Below are positions 1 to 13,100 of a DNA stretch of 64,000 nucleotides, piece after piece (the first letter of the stretch is position 1; every line of letters starts with the position of its first letter). The notes beneath the pieces are model-generated. The model was not told the DNA's origin. It saw only the letters and a list, made by a program, of their open reading frames with translations, and did not search any database. Source of the stretch: Azolla caroliniana (Eukaryota; Plantae; Polypodiophyta). The translations under genes and the position numbers were made by a program. The stretch is from positions 15,004,001-15,068,000 of the forward strand of contig JBHGNT010000016.1 of NCBI GenBank assembly GCA_043228905.1. The letters run 5' to 3'.

Positions 1-196
1 ACTAGGAGATTATAATCAAACCAAAAGTTGTTACAATTCAAAATAATGTTCAATTCATACAAGAACCACTATACATACATACATACATACATACACATAT
101 ATACATTCCATTATTAAATCTTGCACTAACTGCTCTTCAAGATCAACTGACTATTGTGTCATATCAACATTTGCCTCGTTTGTTTGTTCAGCTGAA

Positions 197-2724
197 TCAA
201 GCATCTATTCGAACTGTATGTAGTACATCCTCAAGATCAACAAGGTCCCCTCCTTTGTCTATAGGTTCCATCGGTTCTCTAGAGGTCAATTGGAACATCT
301 CAGTTTCATTAATATGCTTTGCCCCAACCTCTTGGTCTTGGTCGGGACAATCCCAAATACCTTGGATTCTCATTTTAATAAAGTTAACTTGTGAAGGGTC
401 CTTCTCCAAGGTGACACAGTTCCTAAACATCTTTAAATCACATGCAGTCGTAGTTCTTGAAAAAACAATCGTAATTGCGTAGGTGAGAAAACATATTCGG
501 GAAAATCAATTTTATTTTAAGATAAATTGATCATGCTTGTAAGAATACCTGTTCCAGAAAATAAGTCCAGAACCCAACCATCGGGGTTAGAAAATAGCTC
601 GATCAATCGATTGATTAATCTTTGTGGTTTTTGTTAGGGGTTCATTATACTTTTATCGCTAGAGACATGGCACAACTTCTTCGTCATAGTTGGGCACACG
701 ATATAATTTACGACATTTCGCTCATTCACATGTGCCCGAGCCTTCCACTTAGAAATTGCATCATAGTACCCCAAGCACAAATATTCCACAATGCTCACCA
801 TTCGATCACCTGGGGTATGAGTTATATTCCTTTTAACCCTATTTGTATAATGGAATGGAAATAAGTAAATATCATCAAATTTTCTGTATAGTAAGTGCAT
901 TTGAAATCATATATTAATTGTTGAGATATCAAGCTCAACTAGTTTAATCTAGTTAGTCAACACATTTAACTTAGTAGTTACCTAGATCGAATCTAGTTAA
1001 TGTGTTGACCTTAAGCCTTTAAATAGGACCTTGTACTTAAGTGGGATATTCTAGATCCTCCACTCCTTAGTACATTTAATGTAGGACTTACACATAAGTA
1101 CCTATGTTCTACCCACACATGTGCACCTTTGCACATGGGTTGTATATATACCTCATTGTGGGTATTTTTGTATGTTGATGACACTTTTTAATATAGTCAA
1201 TCATCCCCCATTTATCGTCGTGTTCATAAGTGTAACTTCCTCTCTCTCTCTCTTCCTCTCACACACTCTCACGTGCATATCATACTAATCTTCCGTTGCT
1301 TAACGTAACCATATAATTAGTCTCTAATTAACCCTAGTTAATTACCTAATTACTTAACATTAATATATAGTAACTTGAAGCTTACCAATGTATGTGTTTA
1401 GTTGCATGGCATCTCGACTTTAACGCAGTAATGACTGATAAAGATTGACCATACTATGGAATATTACGATTCGCTACAAAGGAGCCAAGGCCAACTTTGC
1501 AAAGTCCTTCACCATCTTTTCTATTTGCGGATACTTATACAACACGTCATCATATGTGGATCCGGTTATTCGAAATCTATATGGTATATCCGCGACAAGC
1601 AACATATAATGCCTCTTAGGTAATATGTCAAGCATATTACCCGCATCCCCATTATATACACAATAATACAATTGGCGGAAAGGATCACCCTTGTATAGAA
1701 AACTCTTCACTATATTTGAGTTTTCGGGCACCTACAGCTCCTTTCCCTTTGTCATTTGCTTTTCATATTTCTCTCATTCCAAATGGGTGATAAATGTGCT
1801 TGGTATGCCTTCATTACTATCACCCAGTTTTTTCGAGCGAGGTAGTTTATGCAATTATCAATTTTGTAAGAAAATATCCATTATCCTATAATCAATTAAT
1901 ATTGTAGACACACACCCATTCTCTAAATACTATAAAGAATTCTTCAAGAGCCTTGTATGATGATGTTTTAGGGCATGATTGCTCCACTTCTTCCCACATT
2001 GGTAGGGACAATTTTTTGATCATAAGCTCTTGTACCTTCATGTACACCTTATGACTAAGAAACATTACACATAAAGGACAGAATCAAGGTTAAATTAAGA
2101 AAGCAATCCAAACACAAACAATAATATAAAAAGACAACTCACTTCTGGAATTTAGTAACCATTTCGTTCAAGCTGAATTCCTTCATGGCCACTCGTGAAA
2201 GTATAGATATTAATAGCCTATCATCCTTTATCCTTGCAATGACCGCCAAGGAAGCAACTTCATATCCTCAACTAATTCTTCTATCATCAAGTCACTTTTG
2301 TGTGACTTAGAATTGATCTCCACCTGAGGGTTCAACTTAGCCTTCTTTGAACATTGACCCTTGACCTCTTTCTACTCCCACATACTAAAAATCTTATCTT
2401 GAAGGTCCCAAACCTCCCCAATTCTAAAAGCAAGTTGAAACCATGAGTCATACTTTCTTAGGTCTTCTGATTTCGTGCTTTCATCAACAACGATCCCCAT
2501 TTCTAGTAGACATTGTCATCGCAATCCAAGATGTAGCCTAGGACCATATCTCTAGAAAGCATCAAGGTACTCGTGATGAAAGAACTTGATGCGCTCTATA
2601 CATGACAACTTTTGTCTATAATCATTGTCATTATTGTGGTCCCAAGCTAGCAACTTGGCTTCCTTGTGTGTAAGACCAATGTACACTTTACATTTGGCAT
2701 ATTTGAAGAAGGGGGTAAGAGGAT
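197..2724 (-). pseudogene. Intron-containing beta-class (N6_N4_Mtase-like) DNA amino-methyltransferase with ParB-like N-terminal region; 5' end cut off by a copia insertion
   Basis: Manual minus-strand translation gives motifs in beta-class order: VYNGDAGNMLDILPKRHYMLLVADIPY (motif IV, DIPY at 1590-1579); IHW|VKRN..GDRMVSIVEYL; NP*QKPQRLINRLIELFSNPDGWVLDLFSGT|GTTTACDLKMFRNCVTLEKDP (motif I at about 569-549). Introns 1385-839 (GT..AG, splits a Trp codon) and 548-457 (GT..AA, decayed acceptor, splits the motif-I Gly) both restore frame. Upstream VYIGLTHKEAKLLAWDHNNDNDYRQKLSCIERIKFF resembles the end of a ParB-like domain (weaker call). Several stops and frameshifts. Confidence 0.85.
919..1359 (+). 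mobile_element. Solo LTR (copia family) inside a methyltransferase intron
   Basis: TG...CA ends, 441 bp, 5-bp TSD TTAAT (914-918 / 1360-1364); about 6 substitutions relative to the LTR at 24429-24869, which is followed by a PBS and gag. Confidence 0.95.
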
Positions 2725-3744
2725 TGTTAATAATTAGAAAATTAACTAAGAGTTAATCAGTATTTAATTATGTGTGTGATTAGGTTGCAGAAGATTATGT
2801 GATATGTGTGTGTGAGAGGAAGTTACACTTATCAATAACAAATGGAGGATGATAAAAGTGTAGCACAAAGAACTCTTACTTGTATTAAGAAGATATCATC
2901 AAGTTACAAAAATACCCACAATGAGGTATATATACATTTCATTTGCAAGGGTAAGGGTGCACATGTGTGAAGAGAATATAAGTACAAGGGTGTAAGTCCT
3001 TCATTAAGTCCTACATTAAATGAACTCGATAGTGGGGAATCTAGAGATCACCCACTTAAATACTAGGAGCAAATCCTTTATAGTCAACATTAAAATAGAT
3101 TCTATTTATGTAACTACTAAGTTACATGGTTGACTAAACGACTAAACTTAATTGAACTTGATATCTTGATTCTCAACACACCCCCTCAAGCTCAAGTATG
3201 AGGCATCCGACATCCGATTTTGGCGTGTCGCCTTCTCGCGTCCGACTTATGTCAAGTCTCGACTGTCGATATTCTCCCCCTCAAGCATTCGATGAAGGCT
3301 TGGTGTGTTGATCGGCTGAAGGCCGAGTGCCATCGATGTTGGAAGTTGATGTCTCCCGCGACAATGCGCTCCCTAATGTAGTGATAATGGACCTCTATGT
3401 GTTTTGTTCGGGCATGGAAGACTAGGTTTTGGGCTAGTTGTATGCTACTTTGATTGTCCCAGTAGATATGCATCGGCTTGTCGACTGATTTATTGAAGTC
3501 CTTTAGTAGCCTCTTCAACCAAACTGATTCGTAGGTGGCTACGACCACGCCCCTGTATTCTACTTCTGTGCTGGACAATGCAACGGTTGGTTTCTTTTTG
3601 CTACTCCACAAAATCGCTCCGCTTCCTAGTGAGAAGACGAATTTGGACGTCGAATGTTAGTTGAATACATTTCCAGCCCAATTGGTGTTGGTGTATCCTT
3701 CTAGCTGAATAGTCGCTCCTTCCTTGTAGAAAATTCCCCGATTA

Positions 3745-4663
3745 TGTTGGGAGACAGGTCCCTCCGGATGGGAAGGGAGAAGAACAGTGCTGATAAGCAA
3801 ACTCGGCCGAGGCCGAAACCGGATGAGGAGTACCCGGCTTCGGAGAGCCGGATGGTGCAGACCCGGTGAGTACCGGATGAGGAGTACCCGGCTACAGAGA
3901 GCCGGATGGTGCAGACCCGGTGAGTACCGGATGAGGAGTACCTGGCTACGGAGAGCCGGATGGTGCAGACCCGGTGAGTACCGGATGAGGAGTACCTAGC
4001 TACGGAGAGCCGGATGATGCAGACCCGGTGAAGACTGGATGAGGAGTACCCGACTATGGAGAGCCGGATGGTGCAGACCCGGTGAGAACCGGATGAGGAG
4101 TACCCGGCCACGGAGAGCCGGATGGTGCAGACCCGGTGAGAACCGGATAAGGAGTACCCGGTTACGGAGAGCCGGATGGTGCAGACCCGGTGAGGAATGC
4201 TCACCGGATGAAGAGACATATTCGTAAATATGTCTCTGAGAGTCCATCGAGGCTATATTTGTAAATAGCCGAAAATTCATATTAGTATAAATATGACTTA
4301 GGGCAAACTTTTAGTTGTTGTTGTCATTCTTGTTGGTGCAAGGAGATATAGAGCGCGCAATTGTGTATAGAGAGAGAGAGAGAGAGAGAAAGAGGTCGTT
4401 GCCTCTGTTGTAACCGCCGCCTGTGGCAAGGATCATGAGCACGAGGTCGTTGCCTCCGTGAACTCACTGTTGTACATACTAACATAGTGATAGTTTGCAG
4501 CCTGTGGGCTGCCGTGGTTTTTTCCCTTAGTTTGGGTTTTCCACGTAAACATCCTGTGTACCCTTCTCTTCTTTGTGTCGTGTTTTATTTTCCGTTTTCT
4601 GTGTATGATTCTAAGCTCGGTTGTGGCCGAGCGTTGCGCATAAGGAGCGTTTAGTTCCCGTCA
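3745..4663 (+). mobile_element. Solo LTR (CCGG-rich family) inserted in the copia RT/RNase H junction
   Basis: TG...CA ends, TSD GATTA/GATTC; homologous to the solo LTR at 48275-48900 and more distantly to the LTRs of 51532-56681. Confidence 0.9.
3818..4195 (+). repeat. 54-bp tandem repeat, about 7 copies, within the LTR
   Basis: Unit ACCGGATGAGGAGTACCCGGCTACGGAGAGCCGGATGGTGCAGACCCGGTGAGT; explains the repetitive ORFs at 3701-4280. Confidence 0.95.
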
Positions 4664-5975
4664 GATTCATGTTCCACTAATGTACCGTAAAACTCACTTA
4701 GCACAGTGCAAATGTGTGTCACATTGTGTTTGCATAAATTGACTAAGGAGGCCGACCGGATAGCTCAAGCGAGTAATAGTTAGATAGATGAGACTCCTGA
4801 TAATTTGCCGATATTGAGTCGGCTTACAGTTTGTGCCAGAGTCTGTGTGCAATTTTAGGTTGCGATCGAGGGGAGTCGAGATTGTCTTGTGGTCAATCAT
4901 ACCAAACTTGAACAAGGGATTCAAGATGTAGTGGAGTTGGGATTCAGGATTTATGTTGTCGCTGGTTCGGATGACCTCGATTCCTAGAAAGTAATGAAGT
5001 TCGTTCATGTCTTTCATCTCGAACTTCCCAAAGAGGAGCATCTTGACTTTGTTGATGTTGGCTAGATGTTCACCATCAATCCTAACTCGTCGACACATAT
5101 GATGATGAAGATCAGACCACTTGAGTTGTTTCAAATCAACAACGAGTTGTCAGAATTAGACATTTGAAAACCGATTCGGTGAAGAGATTGCATTATCTTT
5201 CAATGCCATGCCCTTGGAGCTTGTTTGAGGCCGTAAAGAGGCATCTTGCTTGAGGCGGTAGAGAGGCGTCTTGAGTCGGCATACTGCATTCATATGTGAT
5301 TTCGACTTGTAGCCGAGTGGTTGTATCATGTATGCCTCCTCCTCCAGCTCGCCTTGGAGGAACACATTTTTCACATCCATTTGGTGAAGGTGCCACCCTT
5401 TGGCCGCCACGAGTGCTAGGACTGTTCGAATTGTGATCATCTTTGACATTGGGGCAAAGGTTTCTTTGTACTCGATGCCATGGGTTTGAGCATACCCCTT
5501 AGTGACAAGTCGAGCTTTGTATCAATTAATGGTGCCATGGACATTGTGTTTGATTTTGTAAATCCATCAACAATCGATCGCCTTCTTGTGTGGTGGAGGT
5601 GCTACAAGAGCTCAGGTGTCATTGTTGACTAATGCTTGCATTTCTTTGTTCATGGCTTCAATCCATCGGGGGTCACAAGCTGCTTTCGAAAAACTTTCTG
5701 GCTCTCGTTCGGCTGCTACCTTCATCATGAAGGCATAGTGATGTGACATATACTCATTGTAGCCGAACCGAGTAACCGGATTCTTCTCTCGAGACGAGCG
5801 TCAGAGTTTTTCGTTCATAGATGCCAATGCCTTCTTTACACTGGGGGTTCGCATAATGGGCACTCTAAACTCATTATCTAGAGAGTGAGCTAACACATCC
5901 GAATCGCTTTCATTGAGATGATCGACTTCATATTCGGGCAACTTACCTTTGCTTTTGTCCAAGCCGGTCCCTGTT

Positions 5976-6270
5976 CAGGGCATGCTTCCAGTCATAGTAC
6001 ATAATATTCGTGTTCGTTAATCTAAACATTCATTTTCATACGTATGCAAACGAATGCGTATGTTATGAGAACATTATTGTGTTGTTTTTTTTTACATTTT
6101 TTACCTTAACTTACCTTAACTTTCCTACCCCCCAAAAAATTACCTTATAATAAATAATGAGTGCAAAAGTATGGTACTTACCATACTTCGAGGGTGTTTT
6201 TCTTATGCAAATGATAAGAATGTTCGCGAATGCGAATGCACGAATGGTACATATGCTTCATACTATGCCT
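5976..6270. other. AT-rich insertion of about 290 bp, possible MITE
   Basis: Interrupts the copia integrase-RT linker; internal TTACCTTAAC repeats; only weak terminal inverted similarity and no clear TSD. Confidence 0.4.
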
Positions 6271-6679
6271 CTAGTGCTTGGAGGCTCTTGTGGTCCGCTC
6301 ATCATGGTTGACCTTGGACTTTCCAGTGGCACAGGTAGTGGCCACACATCGTCATCTGAGTTGACGTCTAACTCTTCCTCGGCCAGTTCGGATGGAGCCG
6401 AGTTGGTCTTATACCAAGATGCCAATTCGTCGAAAATAACATCTCGACTTACCCGAACCGATCACACTTGTATCCTTTTTGTTCGGACGAATATCCCATG
6501 AAAATGCACTTTTTGGACCTCGGGTCGAGCTTCTGTCGTTTCTCGGGTGGGATGTGGACATATGCTATACTTCCGAATACTTGTAGATGCGACAAGGTTG
6601 ACTTCTTTCCAACATAAACCTTGTGTGCTCCAATGGTTGTGCATCGATTCATAATGTACACAACTATGGATGCACACTA

Positions 6680-7911
6680 GTGAGGGTAGAATAAGGTTTT
6701 ATGAGGTTGGTGATACACTAATGAGGGTAGAATAAGATTTTATGAGGTTGGAGATGCTAGTCTTTTATATTTAGTGGAAGAAGAAGCTGAAGTTATGCAA
6801 CTAGCCTCCCAAAAACCCATTAGGGTCATGGCTAGGTTAGAGAAGAAGATTTTCCTAGATCTTAACTCTTTTTTGGTAGACCATGCACGACAATTGTGGG
6901 CATTTCAAAGTAAGCCGGTGAAACACCTTATTTGGGACCTGACTGATTATGCATGGCGGTTGCAGTCCTCGGAAAATGAACAAGAAAGTAGGAATCTTCC
7001 TTTTTTTTAGTATTCTGTGGCCTACGGGAGACGCTTCTTGTTGCTATGCAATTCCATAAGTCCTGCTGCACAAAAGTATTGGGAGTCAGGTGCAATATCG
7101 CCTCAATATTTGGCAGGTTACTGGAAAAGTTTATGGACTTTACCATGTCTATGGAGAGCCATTTCTTTTAAGTGGTTATTACTTCATTATGCTTTACCTA
7201 TAGGTTTTCATCTAAAAGAATAGGTTCATGATCGTCATTGTGTGTGTTGTCAATTACAAGAGGAGACTTTGAAACATTTGTTTTGGATTTGTATTGCAAC
7301 TCGAAAATATTGGGGAAGAATACTAAGGATGTTTTCTTGTAAATATAGAGGAGCGATTTTTACACAGGGAGCGGTTCTTTGGGGGTCTTTGGATGTCCAA
7401 GTATCCATGTATGAGGGGGAGCAATGTGCAGAAGCATTGCATGTGTTGGAAAATAGAATTGAAGCAGTTCTCCCGAACAGTCCGGGTGGTAAATATTTTA
7501 AAAAGTCTTTTGTTTGGAATATTGTTTCGATTAATGCTTTATGGGTGTTGTGGAAGTGTTAGTGCAACAAGAAATATGAAGGTATCGAGTATAATGTGGT
7601 GGATATGATAAAGATGAGAGTACGATAATATTAAAGGACCATCAAGAAAGGTGCATAAGAAAAGAAGAAAAATTCGTCGGATATGGTGGCCAATACCTCT
7701 ATGGTTGGATGGGACACATGAAAACCGTTGGAATTATGTGCCACCACGATGGTTGTTTCCTCCGCCTAGTCCTTTCTTATTTCAGTCTTAAATTGGGATG
7801 GAATATACTTCCAATACATAAGAACATAACTTTTTGATAAACATAATAATTCTATTCTTTGTTGGAGAAGGATGTTGCTATGGGAGGAAGAAGTGTTGCT
7901 ATGGTGTGATA
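6680..7911 (+). mobile_element. Decayed LINE ORF2 3' fragment (zf-RVT-like region)
   Basis: FLWRAISFKWLLLHYALPIG, CVCCQLQEETLKHLFWIC..W, LWVLWKC: the CxxC..ExxxHxFxxC motif of L1-type ORF2 C-termini. Confidence 0.75.
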
Positions 7912-8225
7912 TGGTCAGGTCTTCATCAAGGTAGGTAGGGTCCCCGCCCAATCTTCGAAGAATTGGTCTCTTTTTAAAAAATGTGAATCTAGATTTTTAA
8001 TTCTTAAACTGAAGGACCAAAGCTCTTTTCCTAGTGGTGTCACGTTCTACCCTCCAATTTTTAATGTTTGGTAGGGCTTCATACCCCAACATTTTCCCTA
8101 ATGTTTGTGCATCTTCATCAGGAGATTCCCCTTCCTTGAGCCCAAATAACTCGTACATTTAGGCGTTGAGCTTGATACATTTTTTCCTCCTCAAGAGAGA
8201 GACAAAGATAGACACACACAGAGAC

Positions 8226-8271
<46 letters not shown>

Positions 8272-9576
8272 CTAAAGCAAGAAACTGTATATTATGTCCA
8301 ACAGTAACTAGGTTACAAAAGATTGGTTTAAATACCAACTAGTCTAGGGCAAATGCCCTTTCTACTAATTACAAAAATTTCCTAGTACGATGTCCACTGA
8401 CTAGTGTGAACACTCTCTCTATGGGAAGTTGAGTTCTGTTGACTGACAAGCTCAACATTGGGTGCGTAACACGGTGCGTAACCCAGTGCGTAGACTGGAT
8501 GCGTAAAACGGTACGCATAACGTGGTCGTATCGGTGCGTAAACCGAAAGGCCGTTAGTATGGTATTCCTCGTAAGGAATAATTTTGGGAGTTAGTGTAGT
8601 AGGCTCATTTATGATTCGTCAAGTACTGTCAGTACTTGTGTCAGCCCAATAGTCAGGGCTTGTATAAAAGGTGCTCACTAAGCACGAAATATGTATAGAG
8701 GGTCATTATTTTGAAATAGAACTGAGTTGTCTGCTCTCTCTCTCTCCCTCTCCATCTCCATCTGTGCGTTTTTTGTGTTTTTTACCAAACTGTCATTCTC
8801 CGAACTGTGTACTCTGTGTTTCTCATACACTTCTGCACAAGTATTCTTTTACATGGTATCAGAGCGCAAGGTTTGAAGTCCTCTGCAGCCGATATAAAAG
8901 CTTGCGAGATAGACATAGTTGAGTTTGTATTCTTGGCTTTCGGAAAAGATAAGACAGCAACATGGACAAAGGAATGGGAAGCTCGCTACCAACTCAGAAG
9001 CTCGATAGGAGAAACTACGCATCTTGGTCGTACAAGATGCACCAGTACCTACTTGGTCATGGCTACTGGAGTTATGTCGAAGGAGATAATGATACAACAC
9101 CCGAATCGACACATAGGGATTTTTCGTCTTGGGAATAGGCGGCAAGTAGAGTTCTCAACCGCTTTGCGTCCTGTGTGAGCGACCAGCTATTGAGCCATAT
9201 TCGAGATGCCAAGACGCCAAAGGACGCATGGGCGAATCTCAAGAAGATTTTCGCCACTAGCACCACAGCCAGGAAGCTTCAACTCAGGCAAGAGTTGAGC
9301 AATGTTTGACAACGAGATATGTCGGTGGCTGATTACACCTCCAAGATCAAAGAAATCTGTGACTCTCTCGCCTTCGTCAACGTGAACGTGGAGGAAGATG
9401 AGATGGTGTAGGTTTGTCTTCGTGGGCTAGCATCAAAGTTCGGAGAGTTCCAAATGGCAGTTTGTACGAGGGAGAATACGCCTATGTTCTTCGAGCTTCA
9501 GTCAATGTTGCTCGTGGAGGAAAATCACGCAGGCGCGTCGACGAGTACGCACGCCGACAAAAGGATGTTGTACACG
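7912..9576 (+). repeat. Near-identical inverted duplicate of 22100-23760 (LINE ORF1 piece, LTR relic, copia 5' LTR 8437-8853, PBS 8854-8865, gag start)
   Basis: Reverse-complement match with about 3 substitutions plus a microsatellite length difference; ORFs 8671-8922 and 8807-9178 are identical to 22754-23005 and 22498-22869. Confidence 0.95.
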
Positions 9577-9821
9577 ACATTATACAAGGTGGGAGGAGGG
9601 TGCTTTATATAGTCACCCTCTCTCTTCATTAACTACAAGCCTCATGGAGCATGGGGAATGTGAAAGCTCATAAGTTATGTGTCATAGAATATGATTCTAT
9701 GACTCATACTAAATGCTAGAATACAAAGTGGTGACATAATGGTGACTCTTGACTGTTGGAGTGTCTCTTCACTCTCAAGGTGAGTTCACACACTAGACCA
9801 AGTTGAGCTTGATTCTCAACA
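9577..9821 (-). mobile_element. Truncated LTR fragment related to the LTR at 62278-62620
   Basis: Ends in GATTCTCAACA (TGTTGAGAATC on -); shares the GTGACTAT.TAA.GCACCCTCC..TGTA.AATGT segment. Confidence 0.65.
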
Positions 9822-10185
9822 AGAACACAAGAAGAAAGGAATGAAATGATAAGAGAAGAATGAGTGTATTAAGATTGAAAGAGAATGGATACAAGATAGG
9901 CAATGGGAGCTTAAGACTGGTGTTGATTCAAATTGATTTGAGAAGACATGTATATCTCTATTTATAGGTTCCTATAGAATAACTTAGAGATTTCTATAAT
10001 GTTCTAGAATGTTCTAGAATATTCTAGACTTAGAATATTCTAAAATGTTCTGGGACATTCTAGAACGTTCTAGAATGTTCCAGAGTTTTTACAATAATCA
10101 ATATATTACAAAAAGTAACTTTTATCTTTTCATATGACAATAAGCTATCTTAATGGTTGGGGTTTTCAATTATGCATTACAAGGT
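9822..10185. repeat. Probable LTR relic with short TTCTAGAA(T/C)(G/A) tandem repeats
   Basis: TCTATTTATAG TATA-like box on the minus strand and about 10-bp TTCTAGAATG repeats at 9990-10085; no ends defined. Confidence 0.45.
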
Positions 10186-10189
10186 TAGG

Positions 10190-13100
10190 TTCAAGTTTGG
10201 GTGATGCCATAATGGTCATGTGTTCATGATGGTGGACAAGGTCCGACTTATGAAAACAATTCCCAATTTCGGCAGAACAATTGAGGAACGCTTGGAAGAA
10301 GGGGGAGCTTCCATGCCGGTCCAAACCGACAAAACCCAATTGAATGCGGATAATGCGGCAAAATCGGCTACCACAAAGAAGAGTGCCGAAAGAAGAAGTG
10401 TGAGTCAGCTTCCACAAGCCAACAACTAACCAATTACACCACCAACTCTGACTATGATGACTATGGTGGAATGTTTGTTATGAGCCATAGAGCAAATTCT
10501 ATGTCGGCCTCTACTTCGACTAGTGCCTCCAGTCTGGAAGATGTATGGTTCTTTGACTTCGGTGCTTCGAACCATATGACGTCTTATCAAGAATGGTTCC
10601 GAGATCTTCGAGAGCTGGATCGACCCGACTATGTCGATACTGGAGATGATACCACTCATGTGATACGAAAAATCGGCAATGTCCCATTTGGGAAAGAAGG
10701 TGAACGAACTTGCATAAAAAACTTCTTGCATGTACCAACCATAACGAAAAGTTTGGTCTCGATTAGCCAAATTGTGGAGCAAAGCATCCAAGTCTGATTC
10801 AACCGAGGTGGTTGTTTAATCATGAAGGAAGGACGACTCGTCGCTTGTGGTCGAAGAGAAGGCCGAATGTTCATCCTCAAGCCGAATGAGGTAAAATTGG
10901 CCATGTTTGCCAAAGGGCCATAATGCCAACACTGACATGGAACTGTGGCACAAAAGGATCGGCCACATTAATCTCCAGAAGCTCAAAGGAATGCAGTCGA
11001 AAGGAGTCATCATCAGACTCTTGACCTTTACCAAGAAGGAGATTACAGATGTTTGCGAAGCCTGCCAATTCGGCAATGTAAATGAATACGTGTGGAAGCG
11101 TGTGCGTAAAAGACACAGAGTACACAGTTCCGAAATATGATAGTTGGATGAAACATAGAAAACACAGAGAGAAGAAGAAGAAGAAGAGGAGGGAGAGATA
11201 GAGAGTGCAGAGAACAATTCTATTCCAAGAAAATAACACTCTGTACATAGGATGTGCTTAGAGAGCACTTTTATACAAGTCCATGCAGACTGACAGAAGT
11301 ACTGACACGTACTTCAATGCTCATCAATGAGCCCCTACACTAACACCGAAAAATATATTCCTCCATGGAATATCTTTCCAATGGCCTCCCGGTTTACACA
11401 TCGTTACAGGCTCTCGTTGTGCACCCGGTTTACGCACCCAACCTACGCACTAGTTTATGGACCGGTTTACGCACCCAATGTTGAGCTTGTATCTCAACAC
11501 TCCCCCTCAAGCTCAACTTAAGGTTCTACTTGCTCTTCCGGATCCTCGTTCCGGCTTCTCCTGGCTTCATGCCTTGCTCGCGCTCCTCGACCCGTTCGAT
11601 TTTGCGCGCTTCGACCCTTTCGGTTGGCCTGTCTGCTTGTGTAGCCTTTCTCAGCTCCCTTGTTGTCATGGTGTTGGCCTTTTCACTGCCCTTTCCTTCT
11701 CTTGGCCTTCCGTTGATTCGACATGTCCGAATTGAACATTTCGATTGAATCAATTGCTTCCGATTCGTCTCTGCTTTCGCCCGAATTGGCTGTCTCTAAT
11801 TCGTCTTCTGTCTTCAGACCCTTGACCACATCCGCCATGTCTTGGTCTTAGACTTTTCACCCTTGTTGGTTTTATCTCCCCCTAGCTCGGCTGTCTTTGG
11901 CTCTTCTGTGCGGTTGCTGCTCCTTTCTTCTCCTTCGGCTTCTACAACCGACCCAAAATTGAATTCTTCATCCGACTCGGAATCACGGTCACTTCCGCTC
12001 CTCTCACGTTCTTGTTCTTGTCTCCTCCTCAAGTTCGGCACGTTGACGTGGTGCAACCCAAGCGCACCCGAGAATTGTTGCAACTTGTCGAGACCAAGAG
12101 GCTTGGTGAAAATATCGGCAATCGGTCGACCCGTTGGAACATACAGTAGTTCAACGTCACCGGAGAGGACATGCTCGCAGACAAAATGGTAGTGCACCTC
12201 AATGTGCTTGGTCTGGGCATGGAATACAAGTTTTTTCGCAAGTTCGATGTTGCTGAGGTTGTCGCAATATATCGTTCTCGGAGCGGACACCTCCACATGC
12301 AGATCCTTGTAGCCTTTTGAGCCAAATGATTTTGCATGTAGTGACAACCATCCCTTGGTACTCGGCCTCCGTGCTCGACAGTGCCACTGTCACCTGCTTC
12401 TTACTGCTCCACGCGATCTCCGCACTTCCCAATGACAATAGGTATCTTGATGCTGATCTGCGATCGCTGGGATTTCTGGGCCAATCGGCATCCGTGTAGC
12501 CAACTAATTGTTCGGCTGCTCCTGCTTGATATAACAATGCCACGTCCTTAGTGCCGTTGACATATCGCAATATTCTCTGTGCGTACTGAAAATGTTTGGA
12601 TGTGGGTTGTGACGTAAATTGACTGATCAAGCCGATTGGGTAACTAAGATCCGTCTAAGTGATCATCAAATAGATTAGGCTTCCGACGATCTGTCGGAAC
12701 CGTGTTGAGTCGCATGCCTTTCTCGAATCTCGGTGAAGCTTTGCGTTTCTGTCTAGAGGGGTCGAGATGGGCTTACAATTTGCCATCACGAACTTGAAGA
12801 GCATATTCAGCACATAGTGACGTTGGTTGATCAATATGCCTTCGGGCGTGTAGATCACTTCCATCCCTAGGAAGTAATGAAGGTCACCTAGATCCTTCAT
12901 GTCGAATGATGCCGCAAGCTGAGACTTTACGTGGCCGATTTCATGTAGGTCGGCAGCAACGATGACTAGATCATCAACATAAAGTAAAAGACTAACCGGT
13001 CCATGTTGACCTTGCCGAACAAATGAAGAGTCCAATTTGAACGTCGTGAACCACATACGATGGAGATGCTGCGTGATCTTCATGTTCCATGCGCGCATGG

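Larger units (their letters stand above)
2725..6680 (-). mobile_element. 5'-truncated, decayed Ty1/copia element (integrase end, RT, RNase H, 3' LTR 2725-3178)
   Basis: ORF fragments [72 protein letters not shown]; polypurine tract (PPT) 3179-3190 next to the LTR; no 5' LTR in the window. Confidence 0.9.

Noticed and set aside
197-2724. Bacterial contamination as the source of the methyltransferase
   Set aside because: It has spliceosomal introns and plant LTR insertions, one with a TSD inside an intron.
3701-4280. Repeat-protein ORFs (HRVCTIRLSV, MRSTRLRRAGWC)
   Set aside because: Chance open frames through a 54-bp LTR tandem repeat.
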